From Octopus bimaculoides (taxonomy: Eukaryota), in NCBI RefSeq assembly GCF_001194135.2, contig NC_069000.1:16152396-16193214 (forward strand): DNA of 40,819 bases, read 5' to 3'. The notes below the pieces were generated by a model that was given only the letters and a program-made list of their open reading frames with translations, had not been told where the DNA came from and made no database searches. The position numbers and the translations under genes were made by a program. This document shows, piece by piece, positions 1 to 13,475 of the stretch (the stretch's first letter is position 1; each line of letters begins with the position of its first letter).

Positions 1-275
1 TGATTGTAGGTTTGCTAGTTCAGGACTGGTCTAGGTTAAATAATCAAATAATTGTTGAGTCGAGATCAAACGAGCCTTGACTATGTAAATTTCCATTCAT
101 TTTCTTCAACTTGGTTAAAGTTGCATATACGTTATGTTAAAATATTCTTTGTATTGTAAAATCTATTTTTATATAAGTTTTATTGTATTATAATGAGTTA
201 TATTAATTAATAATTCTTTTAACAATATTTACATAAAGAACCTCTTCATATTCACATTTCGCTTTGGTTTTCGTC

Positions 276-277
<2 letters not shown>

Positions 278-349
<72 letters not shown>
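278..349. repeat. (ATT)n microsatellite
   Basis: Direct reading. Confidence 0.98.
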
Positions 350-350
<1 letters not shown>

Positions 351-950
351 CAACCTGGCTCTATTGTCTCTATTTGCTTCTCTGGCAGCGTTCCAACTGT
401 TGCCTCAATATTTGTCCATTTTCGTTTTTTTCAATACTTCTTTGTGTTTACCTGGTCACCCCCCTTGTCTAATTATTATGTGAGAGATCTGAAAACAAAT
501 GTTTTATTTGTATCCCTCATTTATTTTAAATACAAAATTATTAATGTGTTTATATTGTCTAAAATATAATTTGTACAATATGTAATATCATTTGCATTGC
601 TTTTTGCCACATTGAACCAAATCAAATGAAATGAAAAGCCTCCTATGCAAAAAATATATATATCTGAAATTAAATATTGCTTGATTAATACAAAATATAT
701 GATTCAATATGAGATCAATAATAAGCATAAATTTCGGAGTGTAATGCTTTAGATAATTGGTGAAGTCGAAATTAATCCTGCCAAGAATCACTTCAACGTG
801 GTATGGGGGTGAACCAGAAATTAGGCTTTCGATGGGAATGGTATTTGAGTGATAATCTAAATATTAAAGGATATGATATAATCTTTAAAAAATTTAAATG
901 GAGAAAAATTCCTGTTTTGTAGGAAGAGAGTTCATTAAAATGTTCAAACG

Positions 951-1072
951 TTAAATTTTTCTTGAATAAGTAAGAATCAATTCTCATGAAACAGATGCTC
1001 CGAGAAACTTAGAACGGGAGGTTACTCCATAATCTTTTTTGCAAGGAAGATCGGTCAGCTATCTTGCTATCC
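951..1072 (+). repeat. Short direct repeat, copy 1 (copy 2 at ~1888-2005)
   Basis: Shared TTCTTGAATAA..TAAGAATCA..ACAGATGCT.CGAGAAACTTAGAACG..TTGCAAGG.AGATC. Confidence 0.7.
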
Positions 1073-2065
1073 TTTAGGCAGAGGTAACGGTATACAATAA
1101 CAGTAACAAAAAAGTATACATCATAAAATATCAAAAACTGATGAAAACAGAATGGAATAAATGCAATATTTCAGGTCCAAACTGAAAAATCAACGTTCAA
1201 ACTTCTGTAACGTGTGTGTTTGTGCATGCAATATGAAGGTAGAGAAAATTGTGCATCTCGGGAAACCGAATCCAAGGAAATGTATAGAGAACAGGATTTA
1301 TTTGAGACAGTCCAAATAGCAGTGTCGTTTTGCGTGCAAAGAGGGCAGAAAATGCCAGTCAGAGCGTGACTGAGGCAGGGAGTGTGTGCACACGAATGGC
1401 AAAAAATGACAGTGACATGCTGGCGCGTTGCAAGAGACAGGCAACTTTCTATTTATAACGTGACCATCCAGGGTTTTAACAGATCAGTAGGTTGCGTGTT
1501 CGTATCACGTCGGGGTCACCAATTTACGTAGTGGTTATATTGAGTCAGTACCAGGTGTTGATGGGGCTACGTGTATATTATTGCAAGAGTTCATATAGAA
1601 ATGAAGAATAAATTCAAGGACTATATATTTACTGCATAAAAATATATTTTATATAATGGTTGATGATGATACATAATCAAACTAGTCGAATGAAGTAATC
1701 TATGCAAGAAAGTTCAGAGACAGGAAATATAGAAATAACAGCTAAGTCATGTGGCATAGAGAAATAGACGGACATAGCAATGACGTGAATGGCTCTAAGT
1801 TTAATCGATTAAGAAGAGAAGAGCCGGGTTAGCAGGCTGTTTTTATTAATGGAACGCTATACATTCTAGAAACTTCCAAGAGTTACGCTAAATTTCTTGA
1901 ATAATTAAGAATCACATCTTATGATACAGATGCTTCGAGAAACTTAGAACGCTAATTATTCAATAAACTTTCTTGCAAGGGAGATCATTCAACTGTCTTT
2001 GCTACCGCTACGAATCCAACCTAGGAGTAGCAGCACAAAAAACAGGAAATAAACAGAACTGTTAG

Positions 2066-2067
<2 letters not shown>

Positions 2068-2156
<89 letters not shown>

Positions 2157-2295
2157 AGGGTGTGTGTATATGTGTGTGTGTATCTGTGTGAATGTGTGTG
2201 TATCTGTTTGAGCATGTGTGTATGTCTGTGTGTGCTTGTCCATGCGCGTGTGTATATGTGTGTGGGCCTCTGTGTGCGTGTGTGTATGCGAGTGT
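2068..2295. repeat. (GT)n microsatellite, pure then degenerate; homologous position to the (GT)-rich tract 18600-18745 upstream of gene B exon 3
   Basis: Direct reading. Confidence 0.95.
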
Positions 2296-2456
2296 AAGTT
2301 CACAGGGTCCAGCATGAAGATCAATTCGTATGGTGTTAACCATTTTAGTTTAGTATGAAGATTCTAGTTTATATTAGTGAAACCACCCAATAGTCTTATT
2401 AATATGCAAAGCATATTGTTCTAACATTTTGCTATATTAGATTGTTATCTTTGCAG

Positions 2457-2770
2457 CAAAATCTACCTTAGAGAGTCTCGATGTTGCCGAAGGATTTAAT
2501 GAAGGAGGCAATGAAATAAGACACTTAAGATGTATAGCAGATATTGGCGTACCTTTTAAATCGCATGAAACCTTTATGTGGATTGTAACAAAACCTGGTA
2601 AATCATACAATTTCACCAAAAAGGAGGAAATCCCGCTTACTTCGAGCTGTTATTCTCTGGTATCATCAGATTATACTTTCACTTTACCAGCCAAAGACCT
2701 ACATGACACAAATATCACATGTAAAACAAATTTTGCTTCACTTGATGTACAATTCTCCAATGAGATGTAA
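2457..2770 (+). CDS. Gene A, second Ig-like domain exon (KSTLESLDVAEGFNEGGNEIRHLRCIADIGVPFKSHETFMW...SSCY...TNITCKTNFASLDVQFSNEM*); upstream exons lie outside the window
   Basis: Acceptor ttgcag at 2451-2456, phase-1 start, open frame to TAA 2768-2770. R-C...W...C...C pattern aligns with exons 18910-19234 and 36233-36535. A donor AG|gtaaat follows at 2784/2785. Confidence 0.8.
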
Positions 2771-4034
2771 AATCGTTAGAAAAGGTAAATTGATTTTCTA
2801 TTTCGTACCCTGCTTAGTGTTTTCCCTTTTCTTGTAACAACGGTTACTTAGCCTCAGCTCAACCGCTCTCTAAGAGGCCGATGATCGAAGGTATTCTGGG
2901 TGTGACAATCACATCCGTTCTTTTCAGGAATAGTATAACTACGACTATAATATCCAACGTGTACAACTTAATTTTAAGACAGGTTTCGTGATATGTCCGT
3001 GATCTGGATACTTTTTTTTTTTTAGTTAAAATGCCACGTAAAGGTATTTTCTCTTTATATATGCTTTTCATACATGTGTATGTGTGTGTATGTCTGTGTG
3101 GGTGGGTGTCTTTGTGCATCTGTGTGTACGAATATGCTTTCATGTTTTTATACGCGTGGGTGTTTGCACACAAGCTATGCTTATGTGGTTATATGTAAGT
3201 GGTTGCCGTGCATTTGCATTTGTGAATATGGATATGTTTCGTTGTTGCAGGGTGCAAATATCTGGGCAAAGTTTCTTTTAGATATACGCGTGCATTCATA
3301 TTTGTATATGGGGCATGCATATTTTGTGTACGTTTACAGACACGCGTGATTTTGAATATATGCATTCATGCGTATTTCCATGTATGTATATAATCTTTTC
3401 ATCAAAATACACTTATACCCTAGAAAGAAAACTAGATAGACAGAAAGAAGAGGAAAGCAGCAAAAGGGAAGAAGAAAGAAGAAAGGAAAGACAGTCATAA
3501 AGAAAGAAATAAAAGAATAATTGATTTTTCTTTCTTATCCAATTCCTTTCCTTCTATTTCCTTACCAAAATACTTACAACATGCCTTGCCGTCCATCCAA
3601 CTCCAGACATCACATCTGTAAATTAACGAAATAAATTGCTCCCTGTCAACATGTAATGTTTGAGTATATAAATGTCCTTGATACACCTATTGTAGAGATC
3701 CAAACAGATCCGCGTAGGAGCTATAATATAAACTTGTACTTATCTTTATTTCCCTACATTTTCTCTACATTTTCTGTGAATTAAAAACTTTTCAGAAGTT
3801 ACTTATCGAATCTAAAGGAAGTGGGCCTGAGCTCTAAACATATCAATGACAGTTTTACATGTATTTGTACACACAATATCAGATATATTCATCTATGTAT
3901 CTATCTATGTATTTATGTATTTATATTCATAAACACACACATACAAGCGCACGCGCGTAAATATGTCTACTTGTTACCTTCTTCATAACTTAAGTATAGT
4001 TTCTCTCTATTATTGCAATTCTTCCCTTTTTCAG

Positions 4035-4160
4035 ACTGCTGTTTGCTTAACAACTTTTCCAAGACTTCGAAGTCAACTTCACAGTTAACTCTATTGGTAA
4101 TAAATGATATTTCCTCTATATAGTGTATTGAGTCCTTTGTTCAGCAGTTACAGCTTGTTT
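4035..4160 (+). other. Gene A probable terminal (3' UTR) exon with AATAAA at 4099-4104
   Basis: Acceptor tttttcag|ACTGCTGTTTG. Sequence is homologous to 26117-26250 downstream of gene B. The 3' end is approximate. Confidence 0.55.
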
Positions 4161-4177
4161 TTCAGTATTAAGAATGA

Positions 4178-4253
4178 ATGTATGCATGTGTGTATGCATG
4201 TATGTATGTATGTATGTATGTATGTATGTATGTATGTATGTATTTATGTATGA

Positions 4254-4306
<53 letters not shown>

Positions 4307-4319
4307 GCTAGCTATCTAG

Positions 4320-4350
<31 letters not shown>
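4178..4350. repeat. Compound (TATG)n-(TATC)n microsatellite
   Basis: Direct reading. Confidence 0.97.
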
Positions 4351-4351
<1 letters not shown>

Positions 4352-5559
4352 TATATCAGCCAACTACGATAGTAATTGAATAATATTCTTAAAACCGCAA
4401 TTTATTCACACGCAGCATATTTCAGAGCTTGTAGCTAATTCAGTTCTTAACCTAATTAAAACAGTTAACATTTTCGTAGATGGCGGGTCCCGAGCTACAT
4501 TTTGGCATAAAGAGATTGACTTTTGATTCCCTAGAAAAAAAACTTTGCTTTAAAATTTGTAGCAACGTTATAGGAGTGTAAGTTACGCCACCAATCAAGT
4601 TTGGATCTGAATAAATTCTTTTATTTTAAAAGCAAAATATATTTATCGTAACTTTAATGATAGAAGAAAACATGAAGTATTTCATTGTTTCGTTCTCATG
4701 CAACAAAAATTTGTATGAAAAGATTTGTGAGGTAAAACATCATGAAAGAATATATGTAAGGCAAAAAAATTGGATTTAAGTATAATTAAGTTTTCTATTT
4801 TCAAAGAAACTATATTTTAATTAAGCTTAAATGGCAGAGGTCACTTCGAGGAATTTCATGGTATCAATCTCATGGAGTGAAAATTTAAAAGAAAGCAGTT
4901 ATGAGTGTTTGTATCTCAAATTCGAAGGTGATAATATAGTTCTATACATTTTAATATAATTATTAACACATTTCCATAATTTCGCTAATGTATATCGTGT
5001 CTCCATTATTATTGCATATCAAATCAATTTATATCACATCCTGGACTTGTAAAGTGAGTTTCATGTAAGTCGATATGAATATTTAGTAATTCGTTCTACT
5101 TATCTCACCACTGCTCTACTTTGTTATCTTAAGAAATTAGAAGTTGCTGCAAAATGTCATTGTTTTGTTATTAATGCGGATTATTCTGGAAGATAACCAG
5201 TCGTTTTGTTTTCAAGTATTATTCCAAAATAGTGTGAGGAAATATATTTGATATCATCATTTGACGATAACTTTCAGTTTCGATTTATGCGTATGTGATA
5301 TGTCTGACCAAGAACCGAAAACAATTTCGAATTTCAGAATTAAAGCATTTTACACTTTGAGATATTTTAAATGGAAGACATCCAACGGAATAAAACTCAG
5401 ACATAATATTCAGTAAGCAGTATGATGTTGATAGAGTATTGACTAGAAATGTGCACGGCATATCTGTAGTTGAAGTAGGAGAGTAAAGGAAGTTAACAAA
5501 AACTTACTCTAGACAGGACGTATTTACTATATATTGTACGAACAATTCCAACGTTTGAT

Positions 5560-6090
5560 CCCAAACCCTGATTATCTCACCTTCCACGCATCCAAAGAAG
5601 TATCTGTTAAATTCCATTAATAGAACATCAGACATTTTTTATTGTATAATGTTTGCTTACTGCACTGACTGACATATAGTTAACTTTAACTGAGGAGTCT
5701 ATCGGATAATTACATATACGTATTTCTCATTTGGAGACTCGACAGGAATCACTAATGAACCTCAGTTTACAAGCGGTGCTAAGAGTGTTACACTTGATAA
5801 TTGATCAATTCTTCATTTTCAACGTTACATAACTACCCCCCTTTGTTTTGACTTGCATGAATTACACAAGTGTGGATGTTTAAGGAGTTTCCATAAATTA
5901 TTTTATGTATGGTACATCACAAAGCGAATGGTAAAAATCACTATGGGATGTCAACAGCTTGTAACAGCTTGTAACATTTCCTACAAATGCATCAGTCCAC
6001 CTTGCTGAAAGTGAATAACAGGGATGCAAAACAATTTAATCACTAAAAACTACACTAGAATTGTAAAACTGACAAGTGATTATCACAGAA
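5560..6090. repeat. Diverged ~0.5 kb block, copy 1 of 3 (unclassified)
   Basis: Shared motifs AATAGAACATCA, AACTGAGGAGT, GGAATCACTA, TTTTATGTATGGT and AACAGCTT in the same order at 8920-9395 and 12240-12720. Confidence 0.8.
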
Positions 6091-6578
6091 TTTTACTTGT
6101 GTATATACATACATACATACATACATACATAAAAGAAGAAAAAGTAAATGGAAATTGGGCAGTTAAGTGTTTATTATTAACTTTCTAGTCTATTTTCTTT
6201 TTCTTCTTTTATATGAATATAAACTATATATTTTATTTTCATACATATATATATATATATATANNNNNNNNNNNNNNNNNNNNNNNNNNNNNNNNNNNNN
6301 NNNNNNNNNNNNNNNNNNNNNNNNNNNNNNNNNNNNNNNNNNNNNNNNNNNNNNNNNNNNNNNNNNNNNNNNNNNNNNNNNNNNNNNNNNNNNNNNNNNN
6401 NNNNNNNNNNNNNNNNNNNNNNNNNNNNNNNNNNNNNNNNNNNNNNNNNNNNNNNNNNNNNNNNNNNNNNNNNNNNNNNNNNNNNNNNNNNNNNNNNNNN
6501 NNNNNNNNNNNNNNNNNNNNNNNNNNNNNNNNNNNNNNNNNNNNNNNNNNNNNNNNNNNNNNNNNNNTATATATATAT

Positions 6579-6688
6579 ACATAAATTGAAAACAGAACAC
6601 AAAGGATATCGCGATACACGTGTTTCAAGCTTTAAAGCTTGAAACACATGTACCGCGATATCCTTTGTGTTCTGTTTTCAATTTATGT
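6579..6688. repeat. 110-bp near-perfect palindrome (55-bp arms, no loop, 2 mismatches)
   Basis: Arms 6579-6633 and 6634-6688 are reverse complements except for pairs 6614/6653 and 6619/6648. Confidence 0.95.
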
Positions 6689-8331
6689 TTCATAAATCAT
6701 CAGCGGCATCGAGTCCAAGAGACTCAACACGTCATACTGATATCACTACTCACTTCAAGGCAGGAAATATATCCATGCATAACCTTCAAGATATTTGTTG
6801 AGGTATGCAAGTCCCCCATACTTTGGTTCAGAATGGAAGTTACCAGGATGTGAAAACGTTATGAAGAGTTCATAACCAACCCTAGCCTATAATACCTTAC
6901 ACATGTGCTATCCCTTATAAATCTAAGTTCTTATTTCTATATAATAAATCAATCTCTTATAGTTATTTATAATTTGATACAAGTTATGAGAGCACAAGTA
7001 GCTGTATTGTGGTTAACAAACCGAGCGGTCAGTGTTTCCTATACTGGTACTGGTAGTTTTCTCAGTTGTCCACCTAACTGAAAATAAATACCACCGATTA
7101 TGATTTTGCTTGCCTTTAGGCACTAGCATGAAGTTCGATGTCTTCGATGGATGAGATTGAAATTATTCGATATGCTAAACACCACTATTCTTATCAAGAA
7201 GTCAAGATTATCACCCATTGATGGATATCTCCGCTCGTGGCCGAAAGGATCGACTAAAGCAAGTAATATTGCCTAAAAAGTTAAGACTTTGTGTACAATT
7301 CATTTGCAGCATAAACTTTAACTTTTTTAAAGCATCAAACTGTCTGCAATAATTTGATACTTAAAATTGATCAAACTCATCCCCAAAAAATGTCGCAGTG
7401 GTAAAAGAAAAATGGGAAGCACTAATCGAAAACGTTATTCACACACGTGTCATCGACTCCGAAGAAAAACCTTCTTATTTCGTGATGCTAATAAAGGTTT
7501 TATTGCAGCTATACCTAGTGGAAATAAAACATTTTATTTATTTATTTATTTTTAACATTCCCACGTTTAACAAAACCTAAAATACCAAATTGACAAAAAA
7601 GATTTTGTGCTACAGATTTCACCGCACCGTTTGTGCAAATACGAGTCGTCTGTATATTAATTACTTCGTGGTGGTGCAGTGGCTGATCATCTGACTAAAC
7701 TACATTACAAAATTTTAGCTTCGTAGCAGATTTCTTTTTTTATGTTCTGACTTCAATCCCTCCGTAATCGGCTTTGAATTTAATAGCGTCGACGGCATGT
7801 AAGGCCTCTAAGAGAAATTTTGCAAGGGAGATCTATGTAAAGCATAAAATATATCCGAAAAAAATATTAGAAAGAATGTTAGGCCCTTGAATACTAGATT
7901 CATCAAAGTTTATGTGTGGAATTAAATAAATTGTTTGTTGGAGTAAAAGATAGAACAGTGAGCGTATTATTTTTATCCCATGCGATGGGGTTGGGGGAAC
8001 GTAGAAGGGATACGTTCTGATAAATACAATCAAAATAAAATCAAAGTAAGTTTATGGGAGGAAGTTTTGCTGTAAAGGATCAGTGTTAAATGTTGCAGAT
8101 ACAAATGCTAAAGGTAGAAGAAGAGCGCGAGAGAAAAAACTAAGCTAAAGAAAGTTTCCTGTTGAATTTATACGGGTACTTTAACAGAATCTATTTACGT
8201 TTAAGTAGATGATCTCTTGTATTTATGATGTCAGGTTCCCCCATGGAGCACAGAAGGTAATTACCAGGTAATTACAGACCAAGATATTTCTAATGGGAAT
8301 TCCCTCAATTACAATTCATATATCAGTTCAA

Positions 8332-8377
<46 letters not shown>

Positions 8378-8919
8378 GGGTCTTGTAGATAAATTGAGAC
8401 AATTTTTACGCTGCATAAAACTGGCTATAAATAATGGTAGATGTCATATATAATTTTAATGTAACATTTATTACGACGAAAACATTTGTCACTCAATATG
8501 GCCATCCTTTTGGGAAATTACTGTCTCCACAGTAATATATTTATAATTTTTTAATTGAAAACTTTTTCAATGTTCTCGGTTCTGCTAACGGCTAGGCGTT
8601 CAGGCGAGTATACGTAGCAACATTTGAAATATTGTCCAGGTAAATTTAGCTGAAGATGGCTAATCAAATTTACGATAACAAACGTATTTGAAGAGTCCGA
8701 AACCTCGGTACTAGATTATCCGATCATGGGTTGTCTATTTATCTAATGTTCTTCCTAGAGGTTAGACGAAATTTGACAATTTCTTACCGAACAACCATAT
8801 AGATGATTTGTTTATAGGGATCAAATGTTTGTGTAGGGATAAGCTCACTCCCTCCATCAGATGTTGATACACTTCCTATAAACATGTGTTTAGTGCATAT
8901 TGAAGAAGAGATCTAATGT

Positions 8920-9395
8920 TTCAATCCCTCATTACCTCACCATCCTTGCATCAAAAAGAGTATCTCACGAGGTTAATCAATAGAACATCATATATTTTGC
9001 ATTGCCTGATGTTTGTTTGCTCCACCAGCTGACACATTGTTAACTTTAACTGAGGAGTCCATGTGGTAGCATTAATTACATATATTGCTCATCTGGAAAC
9101 TCTACAGGAATCACTATTCAATGTCAGTTGGCAAACAGCTGCTAATATTTTTAGTCCGAGTTAATGAGCACTTTTTCATTTTCAATGTAACATGGCTACC
9201 TCGCTTTGTATTGGCTTTCATATTTCTTTTCACAGATGTGATTGACTAAAGAGTTTTCCCTGAATCATTTTATGTATGGTATACAACAAAATGAATGGCT
9301 AAATAAATATAGAATATTAACAGCTTGAACGTATCTGTACTCAAGAAACAATTAATCACTGTAAAACTGTAAAACTGTAAAACTGACAAGTAATA
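8920..9395. repeat. Diverged ~0.5 kb block, copy 2 of 3 (unclassified)
   Basis: Same motif order as copies 1 and 3. Confidence 0.8.
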
Positions 9396-9398
9396 ATT

Positions 9399-9755
9399 GC
9401 TTTCTCAACCACATGGTTCCAGGTTCAGTCCCACTGCGTGGCACCTTGGAATACTGTCTTCTGCTAGAGCCTCGGGCTGACTGAAGCCTTGTGAGTGGAT
9501 TTATTAGACGGAAACTGAAAGAAGCCCGTCGTATATTTATATATGTATATGTCTTTCTGTGTGTGTGTGTTTTTGTATCAGTATTTGTTCACCCCACCAT
9601 CGCTTGACAACCGATGGTGGTGTGTTTATGTCCTCGTAATAGAGACCGATAGAATAAGTACTAGGCTTACTAAGAATAAGTCCTGGTGTCGATTTCTTTG
9701 ACTAAAAGACCCTTTAAGTGGTGCTCCAGTATGGCTGCAGTCAAATGACTGAAAA
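9399..9755 (+). mobile_element. tRNA-derived SINE (octopus-type family 1), 5'-eroded
   Basis: GGTTCAGTCCCACTGCGTGGCACCTTGG head, internal (TA/TG)n, CAGTCAAATGACTGAAA tail; near-identical to 12876-13416 and 24875-25280. Confidence 0.85.
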
Positions 9756-10159
9756 GTGTAAAACTATAAAAGGGTGTATATATATATATANNNNNNNNNN
9801 NNNNNNNNNNNNNNNNNNNNNNNNNNNNNNNNNNNNNNNNNNNNNNNNNNNNNNNNNNNNNNNNNNNNNNNNNNNNNNNNNNNNNNNNNNNNNNNNNNNN
9901 NNNNNNNNNNNNNNNNNNNNNNNNNNNNNNNNNNNNNNNNNNNNNNNNNNNNNNNNNNNNNNNNNNNNNNNNNNNNNNNNNNNNNNNNNNNNNNNNNNNN
10001 NNNNNNNNNNNNNNNNNNNNNNNNNNNNNNNNNNNNNNNNNNNNNNNNNNNNNNNNNNNNNNNNNNNNNNNNNNNNNNNNNNNNNNNNNNNNNNNNNNNN
10101 NNNNNNNNNNNNNNNNNNNNNNNNNNNNNNCAAATTTGAACTATATATAAAATAATTAA

Positions 10160-10494
10160 TGCGCCCTTTTAAAGCCTAGCTCGGCTCATGGACCCGGTTT
10201 CCCGGTTTCTATGGCGTATGTGTTCCCCAGCTGGACGGGACGCCAGTCCATCGTAGCATTATTCATTTTTGTCAGCTGAGTGGACTGGAGCAAATCGACC
10301 CCAGGACTTATTCTTTGGAAGCCTAGTACTTATTGCATCGGTCTCTTTCGCCGAACCGCTAAGTTACGGGGACGTAAACACACCAGCATCGGTTGTCAAA
10401 CGATGTTGGGGGGGGGGGAGAAACACAGACACAAACATATACACACACATATATATATACATATATACGAAGGACTTCTTTCAGTTTTCCGTCT
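10160..10494 (-). mobile_element. Composite/partial SINE (family 1 body)
   Basis: Contains GCCGAACCGCTAAGTTACGGGGACGTAAACACACCAGCATCGGTTGTCAA, shared with 12876-13416. Confidence 0.75.
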
Positions 10495-11292
10495 AAATAC
10501 AGTGTACATTTAAACACATAAGAGGTCTTTCAGCAGGACTGATGTTGAATATTAGGTTCTCTTGGTCGATAGTAACTAAAAGTTTGAATGTTTCAAAACT
10601 GCTTTTGAGATGAGGTGCCGTTTCGTGTTTGGGTTGAGTTTTATAGTCATGACTATGATGGTGCAACCAACAACCGAACTTGCCTAGGAAGGCTACAGTG
10701 TGACGTAACCGTATAGTTCAAACATGATCAGTCAAAGCTTTTCAGCGATCAGATGCATCAATTAAAGGGTCACCAAAATGCTTCATTTTTGCAAGCAAAA
10801 GTATGAATTCATCCTTTCCTGCCTGGTGGTTATGATAAATGAATTGATAATATGGACTAGGTTGAAAGACTTGAGAACACAGGTTCTTTTTGCTATCAGA
10901 CCAACTGTACTGGGAATTCTGGAAGGGTTATTTGAAACGAAATGTAAAGTGGGGTTACTGTCCTTCGTTATATGCTAAAAACGTTGGGAAGAAATGACGA
11001 ATTTACCGCGATTAAAGGGGTAATGTGACTATAGGTTGGTGGTAAGGGAAGAAGGAATGGGTTTTCATTTGATGTGTAAGATTAATCAGGTTTTGTCACC
11101 CCTTATTTTCTAGACTCGTTATTGTGTTATTATTAATTGATATAAATTTAATAACTCCTAAATTTAATATATATATATGTGTGTGTGTATGTGTGTGTGT
11201 GAGTGTGTGTGTTTATGTGTGTGTGTGTGTGTGCATATATGCGCGTGTGTGTGCATGTATTTATGTACATATATATATGTATTTATGTATAT

Positions 11293-11323
<31 letters not shown>

Positions 11324-12239
11324 CACACAATCATAAATAGGGAAAAAAGAAATTTTCTTTGCCAGTATGCTGAAAAATAGACGCCAAGAATTCTTTTTTT
11401 CTTTTGCCCTTATTTTTAATTGTATAACTTTTACCTTAAACGGTATTTTTCATATGCTGGCCACAAATAAAATCTTTTTAATAAANNNNNNNNNNNNNNN
11501 NNNNNNNNNNNNNNNNNNNNNNNNNNNNNNNNNNNNNNNNNNNNNNNNNNNNNNNNNNNNNNNNNNNNNNNNNNNNNNNNNNNNNNNNNNNNNNNNNNNN
11601 NNNNNNNNNNNNNNNNNNNNNNNNNNNNNNNNNNNNNNNNNNNNNNNNNNNNNNNNNNNNNNNNNNNNNNNNNNNNNNNNNNNNNNNNNNNNNNNNNNNN
11701 NNNNNNNNNNNNNNNNNNNNNNNNNNNNNNNNNNNNNNNNNNNNNNNNNNNNNNNNNNNNNNNNNNNNNNNNNNNNNNNNNNNNNNNNNNNNNNNNNNNN
11801 NNNNNNNNNNNNNNNNNNNNNNNNNNNNNNNNNNNNNNNNNNNNNNNNNNNNNNNNNNNNNNNNNNNNNNNNNNNNNNNNNNNNNNNNNNNNNNNNNNNN
11901 NNNNNNNNNNNNNNNNNNNNNNNNNNNNNNNNNNNNNNNNNNNNNNNNNNNNNNNNNNNNNNNNNNNNNNNNNNNNNNNNNNNNNNNNNNNNNNNNNNNN
12001 NNNNNNTATATATATATGCATGTATTGTACCTCTTTAAATTAATTAAGTAGTCTTTATATTTTAGCAACTCTTGTATTTTAGAGAATGCCGTTTAATAAA
12101 CTTCTGAGGAACATCGAAATTACAGTAAATATTTTTGTAATAAATGAATAAAGTGAATAAACAAATAGATAATATTTGGCTCCATTACTGTACTGATTCA
12201 CATGTTCGGCAGTTATTTTGCGCTATTTTTCATAATTAA

Positions 12240-12720
12240 AGACTCCCTCCACGTTTCCAAGAAGTATCTGACGAGGTTAAACAATAGAACATCAAATATT
12301 TTTTAGTGCATAATCTTTGTTTGCTGCACTAGTTGACATTTAAGTTTAATTGAGGAGTTTATCTGATAACATTAATTGCATATATTTTTCATTTGGAGAC
12401 TATAGGAATCACTACTGGAAGTAATTTGGGAAGCAGCTGCTAATATTGATACACTTGGTTATTGGTCAAATATTCATTTCCGATGTAACATAGCTACCCT
12501 CCCTTTTGTAGTGCCTTTCATACTTGACAGATGTGGGTCATAAAAATTTTTTCTCTAAATCATTTTATGTATGGTGCACAAAAGAAGAATGGCTAAATCA
12601 ATATGGAATATTAACAGCTTCAACGTATCTCTTAGCCAAGAAATACTACAAATGTTTCAGTTCACGTTGCTGAAAGTGAATAACGTGGATGAGAAACTAT
12701 TACATGAATGACAGTTGTCC
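12240..12720. repeat. Diverged ~0.5 kb block, copy 3 of 3 (unclassified)
   Basis: Same motif order as copies 1 and 2. Confidence 0.8.
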
Positions 12721-12875
12721 ACTCGAGTACAAGGAAGAACTTTACTGTTTCCGTAAGTTGATTATTTGTATGAGAAGACTTCAATTTCTGTTGGAGGAAT
12801 TTAGAAAAATAATGTACGTATGGGCTCACTACTTCTTGCCAAATTATACTCTTTTACTCTTTACTCTTTTACTTC

Positions 12876-13219
12876 TTTCAGTCATTTGACTGCGGCCATG
12901 CTGGAGCACCGCCTTTAGTCGAGAAAATCGACCCCCAGGACTTATTCTTTGTAAGCTTAGTACTTATTCTATCGGTCTCTTTTTGCCGAACCGCTAAGTT
13001 ACGGGGACGTAAACACACCAGCATCGGTTGTCAAGCGATGGTGGGGGGACAAACACAGACACACATACATACACACACACACACACACACANNNNNNNNN
13101 NNNNNNNNNNNNNNNNNNNNNNNNNNNNNNNNNNNNNNNNNNNNNNNNNNNNNNNNNNNNNNNNNNNNNNNNNNNNNNNNNNNNNNNNNNNNNNNNNNNN
13201 NNNNNNNNNNNNNNNNNNN

Positions 13220-13258
<39 letters not shown>

Positions 13259-13416
13259 GACGGGCTTCTTTCAGTTTCCGTCTACCAAATCCACTCACAA
13301 GGCTTTGGTCGGCCCGAGGCTATAGTAGAAGACACTTGCCCAAGATGCCACGCAGTGGGACTGAACCCGGAACCATGTGGTTGGTAAGCAAGCTACTTAT
13401 CACCAGCCACTCCTGC
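12876..13416 (-). mobile_element. tRNA-derived SINE (family 1), full length, with internal microsatellite/gap
   Basis: Reverse complement begins GCAGGAGTGGCTG...GGTTCCGGGTTCAGTCCC (B-box-like) and matches 24875-25280. Confidence 0.9.
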
Positions 13417-13442
13417 ATTCGACTATATATGTTTGTTTGTAC

Positions 13443-13475
<33 letters not shown>

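Noticed and set aside
264-2343. ORFs with poly-I, HT/CV repeats (and similar SL/RE/YI/X-rich ORFs throughout the window)
   Set aside because: They are translations of microsatellites or N gaps with no splice or homology support.
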